Shown: positions 56,446 through 64,000 of the stretch, one piece after another
Numbering within the stretch: position 1 is the stretch's first letter
How the letters are laid out: every line of letters starts with the position of its first letter
NCBI GenBank assembly: GCA_002339345.1
Contig: DDKM01000060.1
Location: 1,580 to 65,579, forward strand
DNA length: 64,000 nucleotides
Source: Firmicutes bacterium UBA2598
GTDB taxonomy: Bacteria > Bacillota > PH28-bin88
Direction: 5' to 3'
Program-made: the position numbers and the translations under genes
The notes under the pieces: model-generated
Seen by the model: only the letters and a program-made list of their open reading frames with translations
Databases searched by the model: none
What the model was told of the DNA's origin: nothing

Positions 56446-57318
56446 ATGACAAGTATGGTGATTGATTTCCACACACACCCCATCTACTACCAAAAGTACA
56501 CTCCTTCAGCAGAAGGTTGGATCCAAAAGGTACACCAGCTGTCCGGGGATGAATGGCAGAGCTTTGTCCAGACTTATTCCGACCCCTCTTTTTTTAGCCG
56601 ACACCTTAAGGATAACGGAGTGGATTATGCAGTGGTGATGGCCGAACTCAGCCCCATTACCACCGGGATTTGTCCCAATGAGTATGTGGCAGAGTTTTGT
56701 CGGGGCCAGGACAGGCTGATCCCCTTTGCCAGCCTGAACCCGTATCTATTGTCCAATCCCCGGCAGGAGCTATGGCACCTGGTCCGGGAATACGGTTTCC
56801 GCGGACTAAAACTTTACCCGACCTATCACTACTTTTATCCCAATGATCCCATGCTCTACCCCATTTACGCCAAGGCGGAAGAACTTCAAATACCGGTAAT
56901 GGTACATACCGGTTCTTCCATCTTTCGGGGAGCCCGGCTAAAATACGGTGACCCGTTATACCTTGATGATGTGGCGGTGGATTTTCCCGATCTCAAGATT
57001 GTCCTTGTACATAGCGGCAGGGGCTTCTGGTATGACCGGGCCTTTCTGCTGGCCCGCCTGCATACCAACGTGTATATGGAAATCGCCGGCCTACCCCCCC
57101 AGCACCTGTTGGAATATTTTCCCGAGCTGGAACGCAATGGCGACAAGATCATTTTTGGATCGGACTGGCCTGGTGTTACCAGTATCACAAAAAACATTGA
57201 AACCATCCGCCAGCTGCCTATAGACCAATTCGTTAAGGAAAAACTCCTGGGGTTGACTGCCGCCAGGCTTCTTGGCATTGACGTGACCGTGGATTCATGG
57301 AAAGATCCCGGAACATAA
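56446..57318 (+). CDS. amidohydrolase_2 (ACMSD/LigW-type TIM-barrel metal hydrolase/decarboxylase family)
   Basis: Motifs are VIDFHTHP, GLKLYP, VMVHTG and VLVHSG...FGSDWP. Confidence 0.8.
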   Translation: MTSMVIDFHTHPIYYQKYTPSAEGWIQKVHQLSGDEWQSFVQTYSDPSFFSRHLKDNGVDYAVVMAELSPITTGICPNEYVAEFCRGQDRLIPFASLNPYLLSNPRQELWHLVREYGFRGLKLYPTYHYFYPNDPMLYPIYAKAEELQIPVMVHTGSSIFRGARLKYGDPLYLDDVAVDFPDLKIVLVHSGRGFWYDRAFLLARLHTNVYMEIAGLPPQHLLEYFPELERNGDKIIFGSDWPGVTSITKNIETIRQLPIDQFVKEKLLGLTAARLLGIDVTVDSWKDPGT

Positions 57319-57321
57319 AGC

Positions 57322-58113
57322 TCACGAAATATCCAAGTGTTCCACGTTTACCCTTTGGTTCAACAGTTTTGCGATAACCTCCCCCACTTTGAAGGGGTCT
57401 CCGCTGGTAAAGAACCTGGCCCAGCCCTGCCTTTGTCTATCAGCTAACAGGTTCTGGTGAGCCAAAACCCTAACCACATGTGCCGCAACAGCCTCACCGG
57501 TATCTATGACTTGCACTGCCGGCCCGGCAATCCTTTCCACCAGTTGACGTAAAAAGGGATAATGGGTACAGCCCAACACAATGGTGTCGGAACCGTGACC
57601 CAACAGGGGATCCAGGTAGCGGTGAAGCAACTCTTCTACCTCGGGGCCGGTAGTTTTCCCCTCCTCCACCAGTTCCACCAAACCCGGACAGGGCTGGGTA
57701 AGGACCTCCACATGGTGGCCAAACCGCTCCACCAAGGATTCAAACCTACCGCTGGACAGGGTGACTGCCGTCGCCATAACTCCGATTTTACCGTTTTTTG
57801 TCAAAGCCACGGCCGGCTTGACGGCCGGTTCCATACCCACCACTGGCACCGGTAACCACTCCCGCAAGGTCTCCAGCCCGGCACTGGAGGTGGTGTTACT
57901 GGCCACCACCACCATCTTGGCCCCCTGTGCCACCAAAAAATCACCAAGGGCCACCGCCCTTCGGGCAACCACTTCCGGTGGCCGGGAACCATAAGGGCAA
58001 TAGGCGGAATCAGCGAAATAGAAGATGTCTTCCCGGGGCAACAACCGCTGGATTTCTACCATTACAGAAAGCCCACCCACCCCGGAATCAAAAATGCCTA
58101 TGGGTCTGTCCAT
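57322..58113 (-). CDS. murI: glutamate racemase
   Basis: Motifs are IGIFDSGVGGLSV, VVASNT and LGCTHYP. Confidence 0.9.
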   Translation of the reverse strand: MDRPIGIFDSGVGGLSVMVEIQRLLPREDIFYFADSAYCPYGSRPPEVVARRAVALGDFLVAQGAKMVVVASNTTSSAGLETLREWLPVPVVGMEPAVKPAVALTKNGKIGVMATAVTLSSGRFESLVERFGHHVEVLTQPCPGLVELVEEGKTTGPEVEELLHRYLDPLLGHGSDTIVLGCTHYPFLRQLVERIAGPAVQVIDTGEAVAAHVVRVLAHQNLLADRQRQGWARFFTSGDPFKVGEVIAKLLNQRVNVEHLDIS

Positions 58114-58153
58114 TAGCCCGCTCCCCTGTCATGAAAATCGCCAACTGCAGTTT

Positions 58154-58930
58154 CTACACAGGTTCTTTTCCACATGGCAGCCCCTTCCCCTGCCAGTACC
58201 CCCACATATTTTTATCCCCATTGGTCAGCAGATAATTGACGATGCCTGTAGCTATGGATGCAGCCATCTGTTGCAAAAAGGCTGGATCCTGTAACTTAGC
58301 CCGGTCGATAGGATTGGAAATAAATCCAATTTCCAGTATTACCACGGGATTATCGGCTTCCCGCAATATTAAAAGATTGGTGCGCGGTACCGGTGCGGGG
58401 TGATTGAGTTGCTGCACCTTTTGTACTTCCTCAAGAATAGAAGCGGCCAGCATCCGCCCCTGCTCATTATCCTTGCCGTAAAAGATAAGGGCTCCCTGCT
58501 GCTGTGGATCCTGGACTGAGTTGACGTGGATGCTCACCGCTACCTTGCCTTGGCGTACCATTTGCAGCCTAGCCAATAGATCCCGGCGATGCCTGCCCTT
58601 TGCAGGACCCGGACCAGCCACATCCCGGTCCCCCTCCCTGGTCAACCCTACCTCCACGCCTTTAGCTACCAACAAATCCCTCACTGTCAGGGCCAGGGTC
58701 AGGGTAATATTCTTTTCCATTAGCTCCTCACCAATATTGGCCCCCCCATCCACCCCGCCATGCCCTGGGTCCAGCACCACAGTGGGGTGCCAGTTGCTAA
58801 GATCACTGGTTACCGGCACAAGGACATGCCACAAAAACACAGTGCCCAACCACAAGATACAGACAAGCAACCCTAGCATGCCCAGAGCCTTCCAGCGTGA
58901 TAACACCATTACCCGCCGGTATGTCATCAT
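58154..58930 (-). CDS. cwlD: N-acetylmuramoyl-L-alanine amidase, germination-specific CwlD type
   Basis: An N-terminal membrane anchor is followed by an Amidase_3 domain with the motifs VVLDPGHGGVDGGA, SIHVNS and EIGFISN. Confidence 0.8.
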   Translation of the reverse strand: MMTYRRVMVLSRWKALGMLGLLVCILWLGTVFLWHVLVPVTSDLSNWHPTVVLDPGHGGVDGGANIGEELMEKNITLTLALTVRDLLVAKGVEVGLTREGDRDVAGPGPAKGRHRRDLLARLQMVRQGKVAVSIHVNSVQDPQQQGALIFYGKDNEQGRMLAASILEEVQKVQQLNHPAPVPRTNLLILREADNPVVILEIGFISNPIDRAKLQDPAFLQQMAASIATGIVNYLLTNGDKNMWGYWQGKGLPCGKEPV

Positions 58931-59002
58931 TTCACCCCCATCACCCTTTACGGCAATTATATTGGGGACCGGTGACGACCATACCGCCCACCATCAAAGA
59001 TC

Positions 59003-59031
59003 AGGGGATCCCTGCCAGACAGGGATCCCCT
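59003..59031 (-). terminator. terminator-like hairpin downstream of the pxp operon
   Basis: It has a perfect 12-bp stem, AGGGGATCCCTG-ccaga-CAGGGATCCCCT. On the minus strand it is followed by GAUCUUUGAU. Confidence 0.55.
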
Positions 59032-59135
59032 TGGCTCAATTTAATTTCCACCGTGCAACTGGATGAATCCCTTTGCACGCCGTTTCCCTTCCTGCTTGGC
59101 AGCAGGTGGTATCCATACCGCCTGCCGCTTCTGTC

Positions 59136-59183
59136 ACAATCCGCCCAGAGGACTCCCACCTCTACAGGCGGGAGATGCTTCAC
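59136..59183 (-). repeat. extragenic palindromic repeat, copy 3
   Basis: The plus strand reads ACAATCCGCCCAGAGGACTCCCACCTCTACAGGCGGGAGATGCTTCAC. The stop codon of the pxpBC fusion (59180-59182) lies inside its conserved GCTTCAC end. Confidence 0.75.
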
Positions 59184-60961
59184 CGGTCCACCTCTTCCAC
59201 CCACACCGCCATCTCCCGGCCATCCACCGTGACTCGGTAATGCCTACGGACTGAGGGAACGGCGGTGCATATGCGCCTGATTTGTGTTACGGCCTGTTCT
59301 TCCTGGCAAAACAGGACATGGGCTTCCTCCACCGTTACCTGGCGAAAACACACTCCATCCCCTGGTTTGGCCTGGGCCAGTTTGCCTATATCCGCCGAGA
59401 TTACCGTGGCAATTTTGGGATAGCCACCGGTGGTTTGCCGGTCCACCATCATGATGATGGGATAGCCGTCCGCCGGCACTTGAATTGCCCCCAAGGGTAT
59501 CCCATCGGAGATAATATCTCCCACCCTCGGCTTGATGGGAGGACCGTCCAGGCGATAACCCATCCGATCGGATTCCGGTTTGATGGTGAATTGGGAATGC
59601 AAAAACTCCTGTAATGATGGTGGGTCAAAATGATCATCCTGTGGACCCAGCACCACCCTTACCTCCCACGGACCCGCCAGCGGCGGCCGCAGGCTTGCCG
59701 GCACCGCGGTACCCGGTTGTGGTAGGGGACCCAGGGGGAGACCTGCCAGCAGTATATCCCCCGCCTGGAGGGACCGGCCCTTGAAGCCTCCCACATTACC
59801 CCGCAGGTAGGTGGACCTGCTCCCCATGACCACCGGCACCTGGATTCCTCCTCCCACTGCCAGGTAGGCCCGACAGCCAAGCCTTGGCCCTTCGAAGGAT
59901 AAAATACTGCCCGCCTTCACTTGGACAGTCTCCCACTGGGGAACCGGCCGACAGTCCATGGACGGTCCCAAGTCCCCCCCGGTAATGGCGATGACACTGT
60001 CCACCAGGAATTTCAGCTTGGGCCCCAACAATGTTATTTCCAGCCCGGCCGCTCCCTCGTCATTACCAACCAATATGTTGGCTGCCCGAAGGGCAAACCG
60101 GTCCATGGCCCCCGCCACCGGCATGCCGCACGACTGGAAACCATAACGGCCCAGATCCTGTACTGTGGTTAACAGGCCAGGGCGGATAACTTCCAATACC
60201 GGCCTGATTTCCCCCCCGGATGCTTCGCCGGCATCGGTTGTAACTCCTGTGCAGGTAGCCTGTTGGATCCTGTGAAATTCCTCCTGGGAAATAGGTACAA
60301 ACCGTAAAGTATCACCACTTTTAAACAACACCGGCGGGTCGCGCAGGGGGTCGTACAGTTTTAACGGTGTACGCCCAATCAGCCGCCAACCGCCGGGGCT
60401 GGCCACCGGATAAATTCCAGTCTGGCTGCCGGCGATACCAACCGACCCGGCCGGTATCTCCGCCCGTGGGGTGGAAAGCCGGGGTGTGGCGATCCGGCTG
60501 TCCATTCCACCCAAGTAAGGGAAGCCCGGTGTGAAACCCAGCATAAACACCCGGTATTCCGCCTGGCTGTGGATGGCCACAACCTCAGCCGGGGACAACC
60601 CGCAATGGGCAGCCACATCGGCCAGATCCGGTCCCGCTTCGCCACCATAAAGGGTCGGAATATCCCATTGTCTGCCCTCAACAGTGTGTCCTTGCAGAGA
60701 GATGTGAGCCACATCCCTGATTTGGCCCAGGAGTTCCCCCCAGCCAATCCGGTCCGGGCGGTAGTAGACCAGCACCGAACGATAAGTGGGTACCACTTCC
60801 AAAACACCGGGTATTACCCTCTCCTGCAGGGCCGCAACCATACCCTGGACCTTGCGGTTAACTTCGATGGATATTTCATTGGCAAACTCAACCACTAATG
60901 CCTGGTCACCTGCCGGCAGATAACGAGGCATGCCCTCCGTTAAAGTCATCGTCAGCTTCAT
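59180..60961 (-). CDS. fused 5-oxoprolinase components PxpB-PxpC (KipI-KipA / allophanate-hydrolase subunit 1 and 2 domains)
   Basis: The N-terminal domain is MPRYLPAGDQALVVEF... (KipI type). From about residue 260 the sequence is VIRPGLLTTVQDLGRYGFQSCGMPVAGAMD (KipA type). The start is uncertain: candidates lie at 61000 (TTG) and at 60961, 60952 and 60934 (ATG). Confidence 0.8.
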   Translation of the reverse strand: MKLTMTLTEGMPRYLPAGDQALVVEFANEISIEVNRKVQGMVAALQERVIPGVLEVVPTYRSVLVYYRPDRIGWGELLGQIRDVAHISLQGHTVEGRQWDIPTLYGGEAGPDLADVAAHCGLSPAEVVAIHSQAEYRVFMLGFTPGFPYLGGMDSRIATPRLSTPRAEIPAGSVGIAGSQTGIYPVASPGGWRLIGRTPLKLYDPLRDPPVLFKSGDTLRFVPISQEEFHRIQQATCTGVTTDAGEASGGEIRPVLEVIRPGLLTTVQDLGRYGFQSCGMPVAGAMDRFALRAANILVGNDEGAAGLEITLLGPKLKFLVDSVIAITGGDLGPSMDCRPVPQWETVQVKAGSILSFEGPRLGCRAYLAVGGGIQVPVVMGSRSTYLRGNVGGFKGRSLQAGDILLAGLPLGPLPQPGTAVPASLRPPLAGPWEVRVVLGPQDDHFDPPSLQEFLHSQFTIKPESDRMGYRLDGPPIKPRVGDIISDGIPLGAIQVPADGYPIIMMVDRQTTGGYPKIATVISADIGKLAQAKPGDGVCFRQVTVEEAHVLFCQEEQAVTQIRRICTAVPSVRRHYRVTVDGREMAVWVEEVDR

Positions 60962-61021
60962 CTCTCCAGGGCGGGGGAAACCCGCAAGTAATGGAAACAA
61001 AACACGTAAAGATAATCCGTA

Positions 61022-62278
61022 TTACGGCCAAATCTTCAGGGCCCGCAGGATCATCCGCACACCCAACAGCACCGTTATCAATACAACCCCTGTGCCGAGC
61101 ACATTCTGCAGCTTCCCATTGACGAAATTATGCATAATGCGCTTCTGGTTAATTACCAGCAAGAGGAAAATGGCAGAAATAGGCAATAGGACACCATTGA
61201 ATGCCTGGGCAAACAGGATTACCTGGACAGGGTTAACGCCAACAAAGGCTACAGTAGCCCCGATACCCATCACAATGAGCCAGATGACCCGGAAACTGGC
61301 GGATTTCATGTCTGTATTCCAACCGGCTGCACCGGAAATGGCGTATGCTGCGGCCAGGGGAGCGGTGATGGCGGACGTACCACCGGCGGCAAAGAGGCCA
61401 ATGGCGAAGAACCACTTAGCCCAAGAACCCAATAGCGGCTCCAACTGTTTAGCCATATCCGCAGCGTTTTTGATGGCACCGGTACCGAACATGGAAGCAG
61501 CGGTGATAATAATGGCCAAGGAAATCAGGCCACCTAAACCAATGGAAACCAGGATGTCCAGTTTGCTCTCCTTGATGGCTTGTTCCTTGTTATCACCCTT
61601 CCAACGCTCGGCGACGGCAGCGGAATGAAGATACAGGTTATAAGGGACAACGGTGGTACCAATGATGCCCAGGGTCACCAGCAAGGCGCCGGGTGGAATG
61701 GTGGGTACCAGTAGTCCGCGGAAGAGCTCACCCATCTCAGGACGAATAATAATGGCGGTAGTCACAAAAACCAGGCTCATAACCACAACCATGGCCACCA
61801 GTACTTTTTCCACCAGCTTGTAACTGCCAGTCCAGAGCAGGGATGCGGCAACCAGGGCGATGACCACTACCCAGGTCTTGCGGGTGAGGCCAAACAACAC
61901 TTCTAGCCCCATGGAGGCTCCGGAAATGTTACCGCTTTGGAAAGCGGAATTCCCCACTCCGATGGCTCCCACAATCAACAGTACCGCAAAGGCTTTAGCC
62001 GCAGGCTGGGCAAAGGTTTCCCGGATGGCAGCGCCCAGGCCCTTACCGGTGACAATGCCGACCCGGGCAGACATTTCCTGCAACAGCATAGTGGCTATGG
62101 TGGAAAATAGCATCGCCCACAACAGGGCATACTTATAGTTTACGCCGGCCATGGTGGCGGTGGTCACGGTCCCTGGACCGATAAAAGCTGCAGTTACCAC
62201 TGCGGCAGGTCCCACGTTTTTGAGCCGGGCCCATAAACTGTTATTTGTGGTTGTCCCGGTTCCTACTTGTGTTTTCAT
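61022..62278 (-). CDS. NRAMP-family divalent-metal transporter (YcsG-like)
   Basis: The N-terminus is GPAAVVTAAFIGPGTVTTATMAG. It has about 11 TM helices and occupies the position of ycsG in the B. subtilis kip operon. Confidence 0.8.
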   Translation of the reverse strand: MKTQVGTGTTTNNSLWARLKNVGPAAVVTAAFIGPGTVTTATMAGVNYKYALLWAMLFSTIATMLLQEMSARVGIVTGKGLGAAIRETFAQPAAKAFAVLLIVGAIGVGNSAFQSGNISGASMGLEVLFGLTRKTWVVVIALVAASLLWTGSYKLVEKVLVAMVVVMSLVFVTTAIIIRPEMGELFRGLLVPTIPPGALLVTLGIIGTTVVPYNLYLHSAAVAERWKGDNKEQAIKESKLDILVSIGLGGLISLAIIITAASMFGTGAIKNAADMAKQLEPLLGSWAKWFFAIGLFAAGGTSAITAPLAAAYAISGAAGWNTDMKSASFRVIWLIVMGIGATVAFVGVNPVQVILFAQAFNGVLLPISAIFLLLVINQKRIMHNFVNGKLQNVLGTGVVLITVLLGVRMILRALKIWP

Positions 62279-62301
62279 TTCTGTTCCCCCAATCCAAATT
62301 C

Positions 62302-63093
62302 TTATCCATTGGTACTAAAAATTTCTATCAGTTCTTCTTCCTTCAGGTCACTAATGAACATGTGTCCTGGCGCATGGGTGATCATCAGTTCCGGTTTAGC
62401 CTCCATGGCCACCGCCTGTGGTGTCACCCCACAAGCCCAAAACACCGGCACCTCCCCATCCCGGATGATTACCGCATCACCGAAATCCGGCCTTTCCAAT
62501 GAAGCAATCCCAAGCTCGGCCGGGTTGCCAACGTGGACGGGCGCCCCGTGCACAGCCGGATAACGGGCGGTCACCTCCACCGCCTTCTGGACCAATTCGG
62601 CAGGAATGGGCCGCATACTAACCACCATAGGCCCGTGAAAAACCCCCGCTGGCTGGCACTGCCGGTTGGTAATGTACATGGACACATTTTTGCCCTCACT
62701 GATATGACGTAAAGGTATACCCTCAGCCATTAACGCCCGTTCAAAGGTAAAACTGCATCCGATGAGAAAGGCCACCAGGTCGTCCCGCCAGTAGGGGGTA
62801 ATATCGAGGGTCTCCCCTTCCAATTGTCCGTTACGGTACACGCGATAACGGGGCAGGTCGGTGCGCAGGTCCGCTCCCGTCGCCAGCCTTGCTGGATAAG
62901 GGGAACCTACCGGTGTAACCTCCAGCAGTGGGCAGGATCTCGGATTTAACTCACAAAAACGCTGGAAATCACCTGCCACCTCCTGGGGCAGAATTACCAG
63001 GTTAGCCTGGGTGTAACCTGGTGCTAGCCCAGAAGTGGGGCCGGTAAGTTCTCCCAGGCGCATGGCCAGACGTGCCTCTTGTGGTGTCATCAA
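62302..63093 (-). CDS. DUF1445 / UPF0317 putative hydro-lyase (D-glutamate cyclase family, YcsI-like)
   Basis: GLAPGYTQANLVILPQEVAGDFQRFCELNPRSCPLLEV is the characteristic DUF1445 N-terminus. Confidence 0.8.
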   Translation of the reverse strand: MMTPQEARLAMRLGELTGPTSGLAPGYTQANLVILPQEVAGDFQRFCELNPRSCPLLEVTPVGSPYPARLATGADLRTDLPRYRVYRNGQLEGETLDITPYWRDDLVAFLIGCSFTFERALMAEGIPLRHISEGKNVSMYITNRQCQPAGVFHGPMVVSMRPIPAELVQKAVEVTARYPAVHGAPVHVGNPAELGIASLERPDFGDAVIIRDGEVPVFWACGVTPQAVAMEAKPELMITHAPGHMFISDLKEEELIEIFSTNG

Positions 63094-63099
63094 CCAGCT

Positions 63100-63882
63100 T
63101 CACTCCCCTGCTTTACCCACAATGTTAGCCATCGGGGCAATGGTGATTCCTTCCTGTAACAGCAACCGGCGAATATCCGCCACATAGGCCACGGCATCGG
63201 GAGTATCTCCATGCACACAAACGGTATCCGCCTGGACAGGCAGTTCTTCGCCGGTAAGGGCTGTTAGGACCCCCTCCACCACCATACGGCGAACCCGCCT
63301 GGCTCCCTCCACCGGATCCTTGATGAGGGCTTGGGGATTGCTCCTGGGTACCAGATTACCATCGGCAGTATAGGCTCGGTCAGCAAAGACTTCACCGGCC
63401 ACCTTCAGCCCAGCCTCCCTGCCTGCGTGATACAGGGCAGATCCCGCCAGGGCCACCAGCACCAGTTCCCTATCCATAGCCGCCACCGCCCCGGCGATGG
63501 CCTTGGCCAGCACGGGATCCTTAGCTGCCATGTTGTAAAGTGCGCCATGGGGTTTGACGTGCTGCAGCCGCCCCCCGGCAGACTGTACAAAGGCGGCAAG
63601 GGCTCCCACCTGGTATGTAATGTAGGCCGAAGCTTCCTGGGGGCTCACCGCCATGTCCCGGCGGCCAAAACCCAACAGATCCGGAAAACCCGGGTGGGCA
63701 CCGACAGCCACCCCCCGCTCCATGGCCAACCGGACGGTTTTCTGCATAATCAAGGGATCGCCGGCATGAAAGCCACAGGCGATGTTGGCGGATGTGATAT
63801 ACTCCATCACTTCCGCATCCATACCCAGGCTATAGGCCCCAAATCCTTCACCCAGATCACAGTTCAGGTCTATTGCTCTCGT
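63100..63882 (-). CDS. pxpA: 5-oxoprolinase subunit A (LamB/YcsF family) with a non-canonical start
   Basis: The ATG-initiated ORF (63100-63822) begins MDAEVMEYITSANIACGFHAGD. The in-frame upstream codons encode (T)RAIDLNCDLGEGFGAYSLG, the family's conserved N-terminus. Between the in-frame TAG at 63886-63888 and the Met at 63822 there is no ATG, GTG or TTG. An ACG at 63882 lies 8 nt after a GAAAGGGGG SD, and an ATA at 63873 is the alternative. Confidence 0.7.
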   Translation of the reverse strand, partial: TRAIDLNCDLGEGFGAYSLGMDAEVMEYITSANIACGFHAGDPLIMQKTVRLAMERGVAVGAHPGFPDLLGFGRRDMAVSPQEASAYITYQVGALAAFVQSAGGRLQHVKPHGALYNMAAKDPVLAKAIAGAVAAMDRELVLVALAGSALYHAGREAGLKVAGEVFADRAYTADGNLVPRSNPQALIKDPVEGARRVRRMVVEGVLTALTGEELPVQADTVCVHGDTPDAVAYVADIRRLLLQEGITIAPMANIVGKAGE

Positions 63883-63908
63883 CTTCTACACCCCCTTTCC
63901 GGTAATTG

Positions 63909-63998
63909 TCAGCTCTCTCCCGCCTCACCTCCTCCTGCTATCCGGTCCTTGAAGCCAAGTTCCATGGAAATGCTGTCAACGGTTTGTTTGACCCTAGC
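63909..63998 (-). CDS. possible C-terminal fragment of an unidentified gene entering from the right edge
   Basis: An open minus-strand frame, ARVKQTVDSISMELGFKDRIAGGGEAGES*, ends at the TGA at 63909-63911. It is too short to classify. Confidence 0.25.
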   Translation of the reverse strand, partial: ARVKQTVDSISMELGFKDRIAGGGEAGES

Positions 63999-64000
63999 CG

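Noticed and set aside
8274-59183. Interpreting the three repeat copies as a CRISPR array or as mobile-element ends
   Set aside because: The copies are 4.5 kb and 46 kb apart, not in a regularly spaced array. All three are in one orientation, so none forms the inverted pair expected of transposon ends. No cas, transposase or integrase gene lies between or beside them.
63886-63891. GTG start followed by TAG read-through (pyrrolysine) for pxpA
   Set aside because: GTG-TAG is in frame with pxpA, and Pyl-decoding Peptococcaceae do exist. However, the GTG is part of the SD itself, so there is no spacing. No pyl genes are in the window. A Pyl at position 2 of a housekeeping hydrolase has no precedent that I know of.

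Overview
GC-rich chromosomal segment with about 60 genes. The context suggests a spore-forming, strictly anaerobic Firmicute of the Peptococcaceae/Desulfotomaculum type: cwlD, a spore-type GH18 hydrolase, DUF503, rubrerythrin, and strong GGAGG-type Shine-Dalgarno (SD) sites throughout. All family calls were made by eye from the translated ORFs and motifs; no database search was run. I recognised no rRNA, tRNA, CRISPR array, transposase or phage gene.

The core, about 21.8-57.3 kb, is an anaerobic aromatic / acyl-CoA catabolic island with five parts:
(1) A minus-strand operon in the Azoarcus bzd order. It encodes an ATP-dependent class I benzoyl-CoA reductase (bzdN-O-P-Q), a ferredoxin, an 823-aa Fe-S flavoprotein, and the ring-cleavage genes oah(bamA)-dch-had.
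(2) A divergent GAF histidine kinase / NarL-type regulator pair.
(3) A 10-gene minus-strand operon: acyl-CoA ligase, a 2-hydroxyacyl-CoA-dehydratase / BcrBC-like pair with no activator ATPase, hbd, crotonase, iorAB, thiolase plus DUF35, and a PaaY-like protein. It contains no acyl-CoA dehydrogenase.
(4) A xanthine-dehydrogenase-family molybdenum hydroxylase (FAD, 2Fe-2S and Mo subunits) translationally coupled to an MFS transporter and an IclR regulator.
(5) A D-2-hydroxyacid dehydrogenase, a PaaK-type ligase, a 38-aa symporter accessory peptide missing from the ORF track, an SSS symporter and an amidohydrolase_2 protein.

The flanks carry a sigma-54 regulator with a textbook -24/-12 promoter driving a CoA-transferase/SDR operon, housekeeping genes (trmL, nth, rluD-like, murI, cwlD), two DMT transporters, and a B. 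subtilis kip/pxp-like cluster (pxpA, DUF1445, NRAMP, fused pxpBC).

Other points of interest:
- A roughly 48-nt palindromic repeat occurs three times, each directly 3' of a minus-strand stop codon.
- A DUF2383 gene is broken by one in-frame TAA.
- pxpA has a conserved N-terminus but no canonical start codon.
- The Fe-S flavoprotein carries a GIY-YIG-like C-terminal tail.

The main hypothesis is inference only: operon 3 makes an enoyl-CoA by radical dehydration of an aryl-2-hydroxyacyl-CoA and beta-oxidises it to benzoyl-CoA for the adjacent reductase.
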